DNA of 64,000 bases from contig CBDFIQ010000002.1 of the NCBI GenBank assembly GCA_965248195.1, forward strand, positions 2,464,001 to 2,528,000. The letters run 5' to 3'. A program made the position numbers and the translations under genes. The stretch is from Longimicrobiales bacterium (GTDB taxonomy: Bacteria > Gemmatimonadota > Gemmatimonadetes > Longimicrobiales > Gaopeijiaceae). The notes under the pieces were generated by a model, which saw only the letters and a program-made list of their open reading frames with translations, searched no databases and was not told where the DNA came from. Within the stretch, counting starts at the first letter, position 1, and each line of letters begins with the position of its first letter. Of this stretch, positions 21,270-31,341 are shown in pieces.

Positions 21270-22571
21270 TCACACCCGTACCCAGGCGATCAAGGCACCG
21301 AGCACGATCAACTGGATCACGATGAATGGGATGGCTCCCCGGTAGATCGTGGTCGTAGGAATGCTCGGTGGCGCCACCCCCCTGAGGTAGAAGAGCGAGA
21401 ATCCGAACGGGGGTGTGAGGAATGACGTCTGGATGTTCACCGCCAGTACGATCCCCAACCACGTAAGGTCGATGCCCAGAATCTGGGCAGGCGCCACGAT
21501 CAGCGGCACGATGATGAAGGCGATCTCGAAAAAGTCGATGAAGAAGCCGAGCCCGAAGACGATGGCGTTGACGAGGAGGAGGAAGCCGAGCGATCCGCCT
21601 GGAAGGTCGGTGAGCATGTCAGCGATCCAGAGGTCACCCTCGAGCCCTCGGAAGACGAGCGTGAACGCGGTGGAGCCGATGAGCAGGAAAATGACCATGA
21701 TCGTGAGGCGTGTCGTATCCTCCATCGCCGCCTTCAGCGCCTTCATGGACAGACGCCGGTGGGCGGCTGCAAGCCCCATGGCGCCTAGAGCGCCCAGCGA
21801 CCCGGCTTCGGTGGGGGTGGCCACGCCGGCGAAGATGCTGCCCAGCACCACCAGAATCAGGACCAACGGCGGGAGCATCGAGCTCATGACACGGCGGAGC
21901 AGCTCGGCGCCCGGAATGTCGAGCGACTCCTCGCGCATGGCGGGTGCGGCGTCCGGTCGCACGATGGCGACGCCGATCACGTAGATCACGTACGCTCCCG
22001 TCAGGATCAGCCCGGGGATCAACCCCGCGCGGAACAGCGCTCCGACCGACACGCCCATCTGATCACCGAGCACGATCAAGACGATGCTGGGCGGGATGAT
22101 CTGCCCCAAAGTGCCGGCGGCGGCGATGACCCCGACCGTCAGTTCGTCCTTGTAGCCGTTTCTTATCATGACCGGGAGCGAGATCAACCCCATCGCGGTG
22201 ACCGACGCCCCGACCACACCGGTCGCCGCGGCCAGCAGCGCGCCCACGCCGATCACACCGATGGCCAGCCCACCCCGGAAACGACCGAACAGAATGCCGA
22301 TCGTCTCCAAGAGATCCTCGGCCAAGTCGGACTTTTCGAGGACCGTGCCCATGAATATGAAGAATGGGACGGCCAGGAGCGTGTAGTTCGCCATGATCCC
22401 GAACGTCCGATCCGGAAGCGCCCGCAGGAGGACGAGATCGAAGTGCCCTGCGAGCGACCCTAGGAGGGAAAAGATCAAGGCGGCGCCGGCGAGCGCAAAC
22501 GCGACCGGGTACCCCGTGAAGATGAGGACAAGTGTCCCCAGGAACATGGCCGGGCCCCAAACTTCTCCCAC
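21270..22571 (-). CDS. dctM: TRAP transporter large permease
   Basis: GTLGQIIPPS, ATPTEA, SFLTPPFG. Confidence 0.95.
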   Translation of the reverse strand: MGEVWGPAMFLGTLVLIFTGYPVAFALAGAALIFSLLGSLAGHFDLVLLRALPDRTFGIMANYTLLAVPFFIFMGTVLEKSDLAEDLLETIGILFGRFRGGLAIGVIGVGALLAAATGVVGASVTAMGLISLPVMIRNGYKDELTVGVIAAAGTLGQIIPPSIVLIVLGDQMGVSVGALFRAGLIPGLILTGAYVIYVIGVAIVRPDAAPAMREESLDIPGAELLRRVMSSMLPPLVLILVVLGSIFAGVATPTEAGSLGALGAMGLAAAHRRLSMKALKAAMEDTTRLTIMVIFLLIGSTAFTLVFRGLEGDLWIADMLTDLPGGSLGFLLLVNAIVFGLGFFIDFFEIAFIIVPLIVAPAQILGIDLTWLGIVLAVNIQTSFLTPPFGFSLFYLRGVAPPSIPTTTIYRGAIPFIVIQLIVLGALIAWVRV

Positions 22572-23152
22572 TAGTCGCGCTCGCCCGGCAATCCGGCGCC
22601 ATTCCCGAGGCCATCCGCTCCGGAAGGCCCTCCGGCGGGTTCCACCAGAATCGCGGCGTTCTTCACGATTTGGCTGATCGCTTGAAGGAACAGCAGGAAA
22701 AACGACACCAGAATGACGGTCTTGATCGGATAGCGCGGCAGGCCACCGGGATCGGGCGATATCTCCAGGATGGCCCAGCTATTCGCCACGGGCCTCCACG
22801 AGACCCAGAGCATCACGAACGCGAATGGAGCGAGAAAGAGAGCTGATCCTATCAGGTCGATCCAGGCCCGCGCCCGGCGCCCCAGGCGTGCGTACAGCAC
22901 GTCCACACGCACATGGTAGTCATGGTTCAGCCCGTACGCCGCCCCCATCAAGAAGATGAGGCTGAAGAGGTACCATTGGAGCTCGAGGTAGGCGTTCGAA
23001 CTGAGCGACGCGCCGGTGAAGCGACCCGTGTAGCGTGCGATGGCGTTGAACGCTCCAACCACCACCATGACCAGCGCGAGCCACTGAATGGCCGAGCCGA
23101 TCCGGTCGTTGAGCCGGTCGATGGCCGCAGAAAGTCGCTGGAGGAAGATCAC
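22571..23152 (-). CDS. dctQ: TRAP transporter small permease
   Basis: ELQWYLF, HVRVD, SPDPGGLP; GTG start at 23152. Confidence 0.9.
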   Translation of the reverse strand: MIFLQRLSAAIDRLNDRIGSAIQWLALVMVVVGAFNAIARYTGRFTGASLSSNAYLELQWYLFSLIFLMGAAYGLNHDYHVRVDVLYARLGRRARAWIDLIGSALFLAPFAFVMLWVSWRPVANSWAILEISPDPGGLPRYPIKTVILVSFFLLFLQAISQIVKNAAILVEPAGGPSGADGLGNGAGLPGERD

Positions 23153-23156
23153 CCCC

Positions 23157-24185
23157 TTAGGGAGCCTCAGCAGCCCCGGAGTCGACAGCCAGCTGCCGCA
23201 TGATGGCCAGGCCGATCTCACGCAGCGTTTCTACCCCGTGCACGTCGTGCGGCAGAAGGTCCAGGTGGATTCGTCGGAGGCTCGAAAACGTCTGGTCGAT
23301 CTCGTCCCTGTACTCGTTTTCCTGAGCCCGTCGCTCCCGGAGAAAAGCACCCTCCGCATCGGGCGGCAAGAGACGGTTCACGATCATTCCCGCCACCGGC
23401 ACGTCGAACTTACCGAGTAGGTCGAGCACCTTCTTGCTCTCGAGAATTGGTAGCCGTTCAGCGGTGAGCACGAGCAAGAACGCGGTGACTGCCGGGTCGG
23501 TCAGGAGTGCACGTGCCCGATGGAATTTTCGGCGCCGTGTCAGCAGAATGTCTTGAATTCGGCCGTCGCGACTGTCGTCGGGTTCCTCCTTCGACCCCCC
23601 GATCATCCCGAACTCGTCCTCCCTCGAGTGATCACGGCCGAAGACCTTGAGCAGCTCTCCCAGTCGTCTGGACCGATCCTGATGGCCGAGCATACCGTCG
23701 GTCCAGGCGGACAGCACCTCGGGCAAGGAGAGAAGGCGGATCGTGTGGCCGGACGGGGCTGTATCGAAAATCAGCAGATCGAAGCGGCTCCTGGTCTCGG
23801 CCATCAGATCGGCCATGCGCTCGAGCAACGCCGCCTCCATGGTACCGGGGGAGTGGCGAGCGAGCTCGAGCTGACGGTCGATCTCACCATACATCTTGGG
23901 GGCGACCAGCGACTTCATGCTCATCTTGACGGCCGCGATGTGACGCTCCGCTTCGGCCTCGGGATCGATCTCCAGGCCCGAGAGGTTGGGACCGAGCGGG
24001 GTCTCTTTGTTACCGATCCGGATGTCGAAAACGTCGCCGAGCGAATGCGCGGGGTCAGTCGAGACAAGCAACGTCGAACGGCCCCTCTCGCCCGCCATCA
24101 GCGCGAGCGCGCCGGCGGTCGTGGTCTTGCCGACCCCACCCTTGCCGCCCACGAAGATGATGCGCCGGTCGAAAAGCTGATCCAC
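23157..24185 (-). CDS. ArsA/GET3 family ATPase (single domain)
   Basis: GKGGVGKTT, STDPAHSLGD, DTAPSGHT, ERLPILE. Confidence 0.93.
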   Translation of the reverse strand: MDQLFDRRIIFVGGKGGVGKTTTAGALALMAGERGRSTLLVSTDPAHSLGDVFDIRIGNKETPLGPNLSGLEIDPEAEAERHIAAVKMSMKSLVAPKMYGEIDRQLELARHSPGTMEAALLERMADLMAETRSRFDLLIFDTAPSGHTIRLLSLPEVLSAWTDGMLGHQDRSRRLGELLKVFGRDHSREDEFGMIGGSKEEPDDSRDGRIQDILLTRRRKFHRARALLTDPAVTAFLLVLTAERLPILESKKVLDLLGKFDVPVAGMIVNRLLPPDAEGAFLRERRAQENEYRDEIDQTFSSLRRIHLDLLPHDVHGVETLREIGLAIMRQLAVDSGAAEAP

Positions 24186-24264
24186 AGGTCGTTACGGCTC
24201 CGCTCGGTGGGCTAGTGCACCCGGAGCCGGCGTCGGCGATTGAGCCCACACGGACCGAGCACTC

Positions 24265-24537
24265 TCAGCAACATCTGAAGTCGTCGAGCGGCGAATGCTC
24301 CATACCCATGCGCGTGTGCCACTCGTGGAACCGCTCCAGCATGATCGGCTGCAACTCGAGCGTGTAGTACGTGGCTGGGTTCGGAACCCCCATCATCTCC
24401 GAGAAGATGAGCAGCATGAAGAGATCGTCCTGGTCCCGCTTCGCTCGAGCCACCGCCCCCCTGTACGGCACGTTGTAGACTTCGGAAGCCAGATATGCCC
24501 ACCAGCGAAGCTTTTTCTTGATGTCAGCCCACTTCAT
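24265..24537 (-). CDS. Small Cys-Cys-COOH protein (cory-CC-star-like), CstA-associated
   Basis: DDLFMLL..SEMMGVPNP..YYTLEL...FHEWH..MG...FRCC*; lies between cstA and ArsA. Confidence 0.85.
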   Translation of the reverse strand: MKWADIKKKLRWWAYLASEVYNVPYRGAVARAKRDQDDLFMLLIFSEMMGVPNPATYYTLELQPIMLERFHEWHTRMGMEHSPLDDFRCC

Positions 24538-24544
24538 ATCGTGT

Positions 24545-26245
24545 CTAGACGGATATTCCCTCTCGGCCAGCACCGGCTGCCGCCGCTCGTTTCTCCCGCG
24601 TAAAGGCCGATTGAGACTCGAGGAGCACGAAGATGGCCATGATGATGATCACGACGTCCACCACCCCCAGTAGGTAGTTGGGGTCCCGCCAAAACAGATC
24701 CCACAGCTGGTAGACCGCCGCGGCCAAAGACATCAGAGTGACGAACACCATGGGTACGAGCGTGAAGATGTAACGCCGCCCGAGCTTGACCAACATGACG
24801 CTGAGCACAAGCAGCGTCAGGCCCGCCAGCAACTGGTTCGTGGTGCCGAAGAGAGGCCAGATAGTCATGCCACCTTGGCCGTCTCTACCACCCGCTCCGA
24901 ACGCGAGCGCGAGGCACGCCGCCACGGCCGCGAAGGTCGCGATGTATCCGTTCTGCAACACAGGAATCTTGTAGATGGTGCCCCATTCCTGGACGATGTA
25001 ACGCTGAAGGCGCACCCCGGCGTCCATCGTGGTTCCGGCGAACAGAATGGCCATGACCGCAAGCAGCGTCTGTGCGAATTCCCTGGACAGTGGCGTTCCG
25101 TCCGCAACGATCTGCGACCCGCCGGCGACGAACGTGGGGATGCCGATCGTGCCGCCGAACTCCGCGTACGTCGTCTGCCACTCGCCGAGCGAAGCGAAGC
25201 CTGCGCTGACGGCGATGATGGTCACGAGGGCGAGAAGTCCTTCCCCGGACGAACCCAGATAACCCACAAAGCGGGCATCCGTCTCCTTATTCAGTTGCTT
25301 GGAGGTGGTACCGGACGCAACCAGGCCATGGAAACCGGAGAGAGCCCCGCATGCAATCGTCACGAAGAGCAGAGGCACCAAGGGGGGGGTTCCCTCGGGA
25401 ACCGCCGTGTTGTACATCGGTGCGACGACCGTGGGGTTCGCAGCGAACACCGCGCCGAACAACAGGGCCAGCCCGATGATGAGCTGAATGCCGTTGATGT
25501 AGTCTCTGGGCTGAAGCAGCAACCAGACCGGAAGAAGTGACGCGATCGTGGCGTAGATGAAGAGGATCACGATCCACTGCGGAGCGGCTCCGAGTCCCAT
25601 GAAAGTCTCTGGGAGTGAGACCGGAACCTGGTCTCCAAGGTAGATCACCGCATACAGGATGATGGTGCCAATGATCGTGGGCCACAGGATCGGGACCTTC
25701 ACCCTATAGATCAGCACGCCGATCGCCACAGCCACCGCGATCGCGCTCCAGGCCGGAATCACGCTACTCGGCGTCGCTACGAATGCGTTGGAGATCGAGA
25801 CGGCGAACACGGCGTTGACCATCATCAAGAGAAAGAAGATGACGATCATGAACAACGTACGTGCCCGGAGACTCACAACATCGCCCGTGAGCGATCCGAC
25901 GGACCTACCCTCGTTACGGACGCTCGCCCAGATCGCGCCGAAGTCGTGCACGCCGGCAAAGAATATTGTGCCGCCGATCACCCAGATGAACGCAGGCAGC
26001 CATCCCCAGACGACGGCGATGGCAGGCCCGATGATGGGCGCCGCACCCGCTACGGCCGTGAAGTGGTGGCCCCACAACACGACCCTGTTCGTGGGGATGA
26101 AGTCGACATCGTCCCTCAACGAGTGCGCTGGCGTCTCGAAGTCCGGATCGAGCTGATAGATCTTCTCGGCGATGAACTTCGAGTAGAAGAAATAGCCGCC
26201 AGCAATGGCTATCATGCCGATCAGTGCGGGGACGATCGCGCTCAT
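24545..26245 (-). CDS. cstA: Carbon starvation CstA family transporter
   Basis: GHHFTAVAGAAPIIGP, LLQPRDY, TIACGALSGFH, WPLFGTTNQLLA. Confidence 0.95.
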   Translation of the reverse strand: MSAIVPALIGMIAIAGGYFFYSKFIAEKIYQLDPDFETPAHSLRDDVDFIPTNRVVLWGHHFTAVAGAAPIIGPAIAVVWGWLPAFIWVIGGTIFFAGVHDFGAIWASVRNEGRSVGSLTGDVVSLRARTLFMIVIFFLLMMVNAVFAVSISNAFVATPSSVIPAWSAIAVAVAIGVLIYRVKVPILWPTIIGTIILYAVIYLGDQVPVSLPETFMGLGAAPQWIVILFIYATIASLLPVWLLLQPRDYINGIQLIIGLALLFGAVFAANPTVVAPMYNTAVPEGTPPLVPLLFVTIACGALSGFHGLVASGTTSKQLNKETDARFVGYLGSSGEGLLALVTIIAVSAGFASLGEWQTTYAEFGGTIGIPTFVAGGSQIVADGTPLSREFAQTLLAVMAILFAGTTMDAGVRLQRYIVQEWGTIYKIPVLQNGYIATFAAVAACLALAFGAGGRDGQGGMTIWPLFGTTNQLLAGLTLLVLSVMLVKLGRRYIFTLVPMVFVTLMSLAAAVYQLWDLFWRDPNYLLGVVDVVIIIMAIFVLLESQSAFTREKRAAAAGAGREGISV

Positions 26246-26313
26246 GGTTCAACCCGGGTCTAAGGTGGATTCAGAGCAACCGGGCGCCAATGTAAGGAGA
26301 AAAGTCGCTCGCG

Positions 26314-27210
26314 TCAGCCCTGGGAGTGAAGAAAGTCGGTAAAGCCGCTGTCGTAATCGGACAGACCGTTTTGCCCCGTCATCCTCATGCGCTCCTCCAT
26401 GATCGGCTTCATGACCGTCCAAACGGCCCGCTCATAGGCCGAGGGCTCGGGCCGGATGGCGTGGAAGTCCTTCGCCAGTTCCTCGCGCAAGCGCGACTCG
26501 TCCACCATGCGGTGGTAGTCGTCGAGGTCTCCATCGGCCAAGACACGCAGGTTGCGGTGCATGCGTTCGGCGAGCGCGGCCTGCACCAGGATCGGGTGGT
26601 CCGAGGTGCTGAGCGCCAGATAGGCGATGGCCTGCGCCTGAAGCTCCTTGTAGTAGCCCTTTCGGTGGCAGAACTCGTGCGCGATGATGTGCGGCTCGAA
26701 GACGCCGGAGTCCCGGAAGATCGTGACGTCGCCGGAAAGGATGTCGCACGCACCCAAAGCAAACGGGAAAAGAAGCTTCGACAACGCAACGCTACGTACT
26801 TCGGCGCTCGTCTCCACGCGTTGACCCGTGAGGGAGGCGATGTAGTCCGTGAGACGCTCGTTCACGACCTTGGCCAATTCTTCTCGGGAGAGCTCCGAAG
26901 GCTGGTAGTCCCGGTTGAGCACGGCGACCAGATCCAGGACCTCTTCCTGCCGCGCCTCCTCGCTCATCGCCTCGAGATTGGAGGGATCCTGTCCGAACGT
27001 CTCCTCGAAGTCGATCGGGCGGGCGTCCTTCCGGGCGAGCCAGTCCCGCAGCGCGCTTCCTGCGTAAGCGCCCAGGGCGACCGCCTGGACGATGCGGCCG
27101 GGCACGCTCGCTCGGAACAGCAACCGGGACGCCAAAGGCGCCAGCATGAACACGTCGGCCAGGGCAAACGGCGCATACGTCGCCTGGTTGGGGATTTCTA
27201 CTCGGTCCAT
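26314..27210 (-). CDS. Zincin-like hypothetical protein (DUF3810-like)
   Basis: AHEFCHRKGYYKELQA (HExxH...E). Confidence 0.6.
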   Translation of the reverse strand: MDRVEIPNQATYAPFALADVFMLAPLASRLLFRASVPGRIVQAVALGAYAGSALRDWLARKDARPIDFEETFGQDPSNLEAMSEEARQEEVLDLVAVLNRDYQPSELSREELAKVVNERLTDYIASLTGQRVETSAEVRSVALSKLLFPFALGACDILSGDVTIFRDSGVFEPHIIAHEFCHRKGYYKELQAQAIAYLALSTSDHPILVQAALAERMHRNLRVLADGDLDDYHRMVDESRLREELAKDFHAIRPEPSAYERAVWTVMKPIMEERMRMTGQNGLSDYDSGFTDFLHSQG

Positions 27211-27384
27211 AATCAAACTTACCAGCCCGTCTCGTTCCGGTCATCACCGTCGAACGCGAGGGATCGGTCCAGCGCCCGGAGCTTATCGTACCACGCCCAG
27301 CGGCCGTGGGTCCCATGGGGAGGCTCGGCACGAGTGGGACGTTCTGTATTGCGGGGTCATACCCTAGCGGTACAATGCTTCGAA

Positions 27385-28365
27385 ATGCCATTGCACGAAT
27401 CAGCTCGGTTTCTGAACGTTCGGGGTTACTTGTCTGTTCTCCTCCGTTGGGCACTGCACTCCATACGATGGGCCCAGCACGCCATCCCTTGGGTCCTGCT
27501 ACTGATCCCGGGTGTCGGTCTGGCTCAGGATGGCGGTCGCGATGCCTGGTTTCCGGCCGCGGAATACTTCTCCCGGCCGACCGCCTCGGTCCGTGAGCCG
27601 ACGTTCGCGATGGGGGCACTGTGGAGCACCGTGTTTCGAGACCGATCCGACCCCGCCGAACGCCCACCGTTCGACCTCCAGGGTGGAAACGGGTTGGAGA
27701 CCGACGCCCAGGGCGAGGCCGCACTCGGGGGCAACCTCAGGATCTGGCAGCCGATGCAATGGGTCGACGGAGGACTGACGTTGGGCATCCAGGCCGGGGT
27801 CTTCGGCCGCTTTCGCCTTGAGGTCACGGGCAACGACCTCGTGGCCTCGGACTGGATCGTGGCCCTACCCGCAGAGATCGCGCGTGGCCCCTGGTCCGGC
27901 CGTCTACGCCTGCTGCACTGGAGCGCTCATGTGGGAGACGAGTTGATCGAAGTGGGTGTGGCACGGGTGGATTTTACGACGGAGGCGCTGGAAGCACTGG
28001 TCGCATATGGGTTCGGCGATTTTCGCCTCTACGGCGGCGGAAGCCTTGTGATCCGTTCGAGCCTCGAAAATGAGGTTCAGTTGGGTCCCGCATTCTCCGA
28101 CGATGTTCTGATCCGGTTCGGCGGCGACGCACGCGTGCGTCCCTGGGCCCGAGACGACGTAACGCTGACTGGGGGAGTGGACTGGCACAACAGCGATCGC
28201 ACAGGCTGGGCGGGTCAGCTTTCCGTCCGGTTCGGCCTCGAAGTGCGGGACGGTGCCCGTTCGGCCCGGTTGAGCGGCGTCTACCACCGGGGGCCCTCCC
28301 CCATGGGCCAGTTCTTCCTCACGGACGAGCGATACTGGGGCATCGAGTTGATCCTCGAGCCGTGA
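27385..28365 (+). CDS. DUF1207-like outer-membrane protein
   Basis: Signal-like segment, HWSAHVGDE, GPSPMGQF, beta-strand-rich C-terminus; the 5' part of the 679-aa ORF is shadow. Confidence 0.7.
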   Translation: MPLHESARFLNVRGYLSVLLRWALHSIRWAQHAIPWVLLLIPGVGLAQDGGRDAWFPAAEYFSRPTASVREPTFAMGALWSTVFRDRSDPAERPPFDLQGGNGLETDAQGEAALGGNLRIWQPMQWVDGGLTLGIQAGVFGRFRLEVTGNDLVASDWIVALPAEIARGPWSGRLRLLHWSAHVGDELIEVGVARVDFTTEALEALVAYGFGDFRLYGGGSLVIRSSLENEVQLGPAFSDDVLIRFGGDARVRPWARDDVTLTGGVDWHNSDRTGWAGQLSVRFGLEVRDGARSARLSGVYHRGPSPMGQFFLTDERYWGIELILEP

Positions 28366-28483
28366 GGGGCGTAGGTTGCGCGGTACCTAATTCCACGCAC
28401 CCGGCCGTATCCTGAGTCCAACACCAGCAACCGTATCCGTGTGAGTGATAGAGAAGTCGTCCACTTTGTTCTGGAGGCCGCCC

Positions 28484-29374
28484 ATGACCTACGCATTCCC
28501 TGATCGTCGATCACGTGCCCGCACCACGTCATGTACCGATCTGAGGGTCCGGACGCTCCTCGCCGGGGTCATGTCTCTGGTAGTTCTCCCCATTTCACCG
28601 ACAGCCGGCACGGCGCAGCGTCTCCCGGCCGACGGGGAGACCGCCACTGCCCGGCTCGAAGCCTCCCCACGGCATGGCGAGTGGGTCACATACGACGCCG
28701 GCGGAGGGGATCGGGTACAGGCATGGGTTACCTATCCGGAGAGAAGCGACCCGGCCCCCGTGGTCGTGGTCGTTCATGATATTCGTGCGATGTCCGACTG
28801 GGCACGCGCTGTGGGCGACCAGCTCTCGGCCGACGGGTTCATCGCGGTCGTGCCGGACCTCCTCTCCGGAAAGGGACCCCGTGGGGCCGGTACGGAGTCC
28901 TTCGCTTCCGGTGAGGTTGGCCGTGCCATACGGGACCTCGACCCCGCCGAAGTCAACCGGCGCTTGAGAGCCGCCGCCGCATATGGCACTTCCCTTCCCT
29001 CCGCCACGGACCAGGTCGGCGTCGTGGGGTTCTGCTGGGGCGGCTCCACGAGCTTCGCCTTGGCGGTCGATTACGGGGATTTGGACGCCGCCGTCGTCTA
29101 CTATGGCACCTCCCCGCCCACCGAAGCGCTCTCGAGCATCCGGGCCCCCGTGCTCGGCCTCTACGGGGGAGCGGACAACCGGGTGAATTCGACCATCCCG
29201 GCGGCCCAAGCCGAACTGGACCGCCTGGGCAAGCGATACGACGTAAACATCTACGACGGGGCCGGACATGGCTTCCTGGGCCGGCAAAACGGCCAGGATG
29301 GCGCCAACCGGGCGGCCTCTGAGGGGGCCTGGCCGGCGACGATTTCGTTCTTCCGCGAGTTGCTGGAGGAATAA
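28484..29374 (+). CDS. Dienelactone hydrolase family protein (exported)
   Basis: GGAGG RBS; SPRHGEW, GFCWGG, GAGHGF. Confidence 0.92.
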   Translation: MTYAFPDRRSRARTTSCTDLRVRTLLAGVMSLVVLPISPTAGTAQRLPADGETATARLEASPRHGEWVTYDAGGGDRVQAWVTYPERSDPAPVVVVVHDIRAMSDWARAVGDQLSADGFIAVVPDLLSGKGPRGAGTESFASGEVGRAIRDLDPAEVNRRLRAAAAYGTSLPSATDQVGVVGFCWGGSTSFALAVDYGDLDAAVVYYGTSPPTEALSSIRAPVLGLYGGADNRVNSTIPAAQAELDRLGKRYDVNIYDGAGHGFLGRQNGQDGANRAASEGAWPATISFFRELLEE

Positions 29375-29422
29375 GCACGGGGGGGATGCAGTCGGACCCC
29401 CTAGGTCGAAAGGCATACCGAC

Positions 29423-30733
29423 ATGAACTCGCGAGCGTCGACAGGGAAGAAGGCGATCTGGGGGTGGGCGCTCTACGATTTCGGCAACTCGGCGTTCACG
29501 ACGCTGATCGTGACGTTCATCTACTCGGTCTTCTTCGCCCAGGAGATCGCTCCGGACGGTGACTCGGGGACCGTCCTGTGGGCGTACGCGGTGTCCTTCA
29601 CTGCGTTGGTGGTCGCGGTGACGTCACCCTTCCTGGGCGCCCTGGCGGACCGCGGAGGCCGCCGTCGACGCTACCTGCTCATCACGACGGCGGTCGCGAT
29701 CGTAGGGAGTGCGCTGCTCTACCTCCCGACGCCGGGACAGGTGCGCCTCGCCCTGGTGATCTTCGTGATCGCCAACATCGCCTTCGAGCTTTCAGGCGTC
29801 TTCTACAACTCGTACCTGCCCGACATATCCACGCCGGACAATATCGGTAAGATCTCGGGGTATGGGTGGTCGCTGGGATACGTCGGCGGGCTCTTGGCCA
29901 TGGGTATCGCGTTGGTCGGCTTCATCCTCCCGGAATCGCCCTGGTTCGGCATCGCGAACGGCGAGGAGGGGCTCTTTCAGAACGTGCGGATCATTACGGT
30001 GCTGGTCGCCGTGTGGTTCGCGGTCTTCGCGATTCCCATGTTCCGGTGGGTTCGTGAGCCCGAGCACCCAGGCCCTCTCCCGCTCGTCGAACTCCTTCGG
30101 GGTACCGCCGACCAACTCGCGGACACGTTCAAAGAGATCCGGCGTTACAGGCAAACCGTTCGGCTGCTGATCGCCCGGATGTTTTATAACGACGGACTGG
30201 TGACGATCTTCGCTCTCGGGCCACTCTACGCCGCCGAAGTCTTCGGATTTACGCTCACCGAGGTAATGTACTGGGGCCTGGCGCTAAACCTCACGGCCGG
30301 CCTCGGGGCATTTGCGATGGGGTTTCTCGACGACCGTATCGGTGGCCGGAAAACGATTCTCATCTCGCTCATCGGGCTGGTCCTCGCAACCGCCTGGGCT
30401 ACGCTCGCTCCAGCGGAGAGCAAGACGTCCATGTTCCTGGCAGGGTTGGTCGTGGGTATCTTTGTCGGCCCCAATCAGGCCGCAAGCCGATCACTCCTGG
30501 GTCGCTTCGTCCCACCGGAAAAGGAAACAGAGTTCTATGGTTTCTTCGCTTTTTCCGGGAAAGCCATCGCGTTCTTGGGGCCACTCCTTTACGGGTTCAT
30601 GACAACGGTGTTCGGGAGTCAGAGGTATGGTGTGGGTGCGATCATCGTCTTCTTCCTCATCGGGGGGCTGATTCTTGTCACAGTGGACGAGCGAGCGGGT
30701 GTGGCCGCGAGCGGCCGGGCCGAGGCCTCGTAG
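29423..30733 (+). CDS. MFS transporter (UMF1/BtlA-like)
   Basis: WALYDFGNSAF, YNSYLP, QAASRSL. Confidence 0.92.
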   Translation: MNSRASTGKKAIWGWALYDFGNSAFTTLIVTFIYSVFFAQEIAPDGDSGTVLWAYAVSFTALVVAVTSPFLGALADRGGRRRRYLLITTAVAIVGSALLYLPTPGQVRLALVIFVIANIAFELSGVFYNSYLPDISTPDNIGKISGYGWSLGYVGGLLAMGIALVGFILPESPWFGIANGEEGLFQNVRIITVLVAVWFAVFAIPMFRWVREPEHPGPLPLVELLRGTADQLADTFKEIRRYRQTVRLLIARMFYNDGLVTIFALGPLYAAEVFGFTLTEVMYWGLALNLTAGLGAFAMGFLDDRIGGRKTILISLIGLVLATAWATLAPAESKTSMFLAGLVVGIFVGPNQAASRSLLGRFVPPEKETEFYGFFAFSGKAIAFLGPLLYGFMTTVFGSQRYGVGAIIVFFLIGGLILVTVDERAGVAASGRAEAS

Positions 30734-30735
30734 CC

Positions 30736-31341
30736 ATGCGCATTGTAGCTGGAAGGCACGCGGGCCGGCGTCTGACCTCCCCGGCCAAAAGGATTCGGCC
30801 CACCTCGGAAGATATTCGGGACCGCTGGCTAGGCCGTCTGAAGGACGACCTCGATGGCGCGCGGGTGTTGGATCTCTTCGCTGGCTCCGGAGCACTGGGG
30901 CTCGAGGCCCTTTCCCGGGGTGCCGCTTCGGCGGATTTCGTGGAAAACGGTGCGGAGGCGCTCCACTCACTCAAAGCCAACGTCGCCGCGCTCCGAGAGA
31001 AGAACCGCACACGCATCTTCAAACGAGACGCCATCATTTTCGCAGAGGCGCTGGCTGAGCACAGTTACGACATCGCGTTCGTGGATGCGCCTTACGGATC
31101 GAAGAAGCTGGACCGTATCGTCGCCGCCTGGGCCGTCTGTCACTTCGCCCGGATCCTCGGCGTGGAGCACGCACGGGACCACGTCCTCCCGAATGAGCGG
31201 CTCCGAGGCCGCACGCGCCTCAGCGGTGAGACCGGGGTGACCATCTTCCGCGCCTCGATCGTCGAGGGGCTGCACGCCGGAGCTGGTCCGCAGACCCCTT
31301 CGGAGACCGGGACTCGTCCGCAGGCTCCCTCCGACAGATGA
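30736..31341 (+). CDS. rsmD: 16S rRNA m2G966 methyltransferase RsmD family
   Basis: MRIVAG, IRPTS, LDLFAGSGALGLEALSRGA, DAPY. Confidence 0.88.
   Translation: MRIVAGRHAGRRLTSPAKRIRPTSEDIRDRWLGRLKDDLDGARVLDLFAGSGALGLEALSRGAASADFVENGAEALHSLKANVAALREKNRTRIFKRDAIIFAEALAEHSYDIAFVDAPYGSKKLDRIVAAWAVCHFARILGVEHARDHVLPNERLRGRTRLSGETGVTIFRASIVEGLHAGAGPQTPSETGTRPQAPSDR

Noticed and set aside
24055..24267. Sec read-through of the CC-star TGA
   Set aside because: The extension would overlap ArsA out of frame, no convincing SECIS is present, and the family is known to end at Cys-Cys
26326..27384. 5' half of the 679-aa ORF
   Set aside because: Antisense to the HExxH gene; only 27385-28365 looks like a real protein
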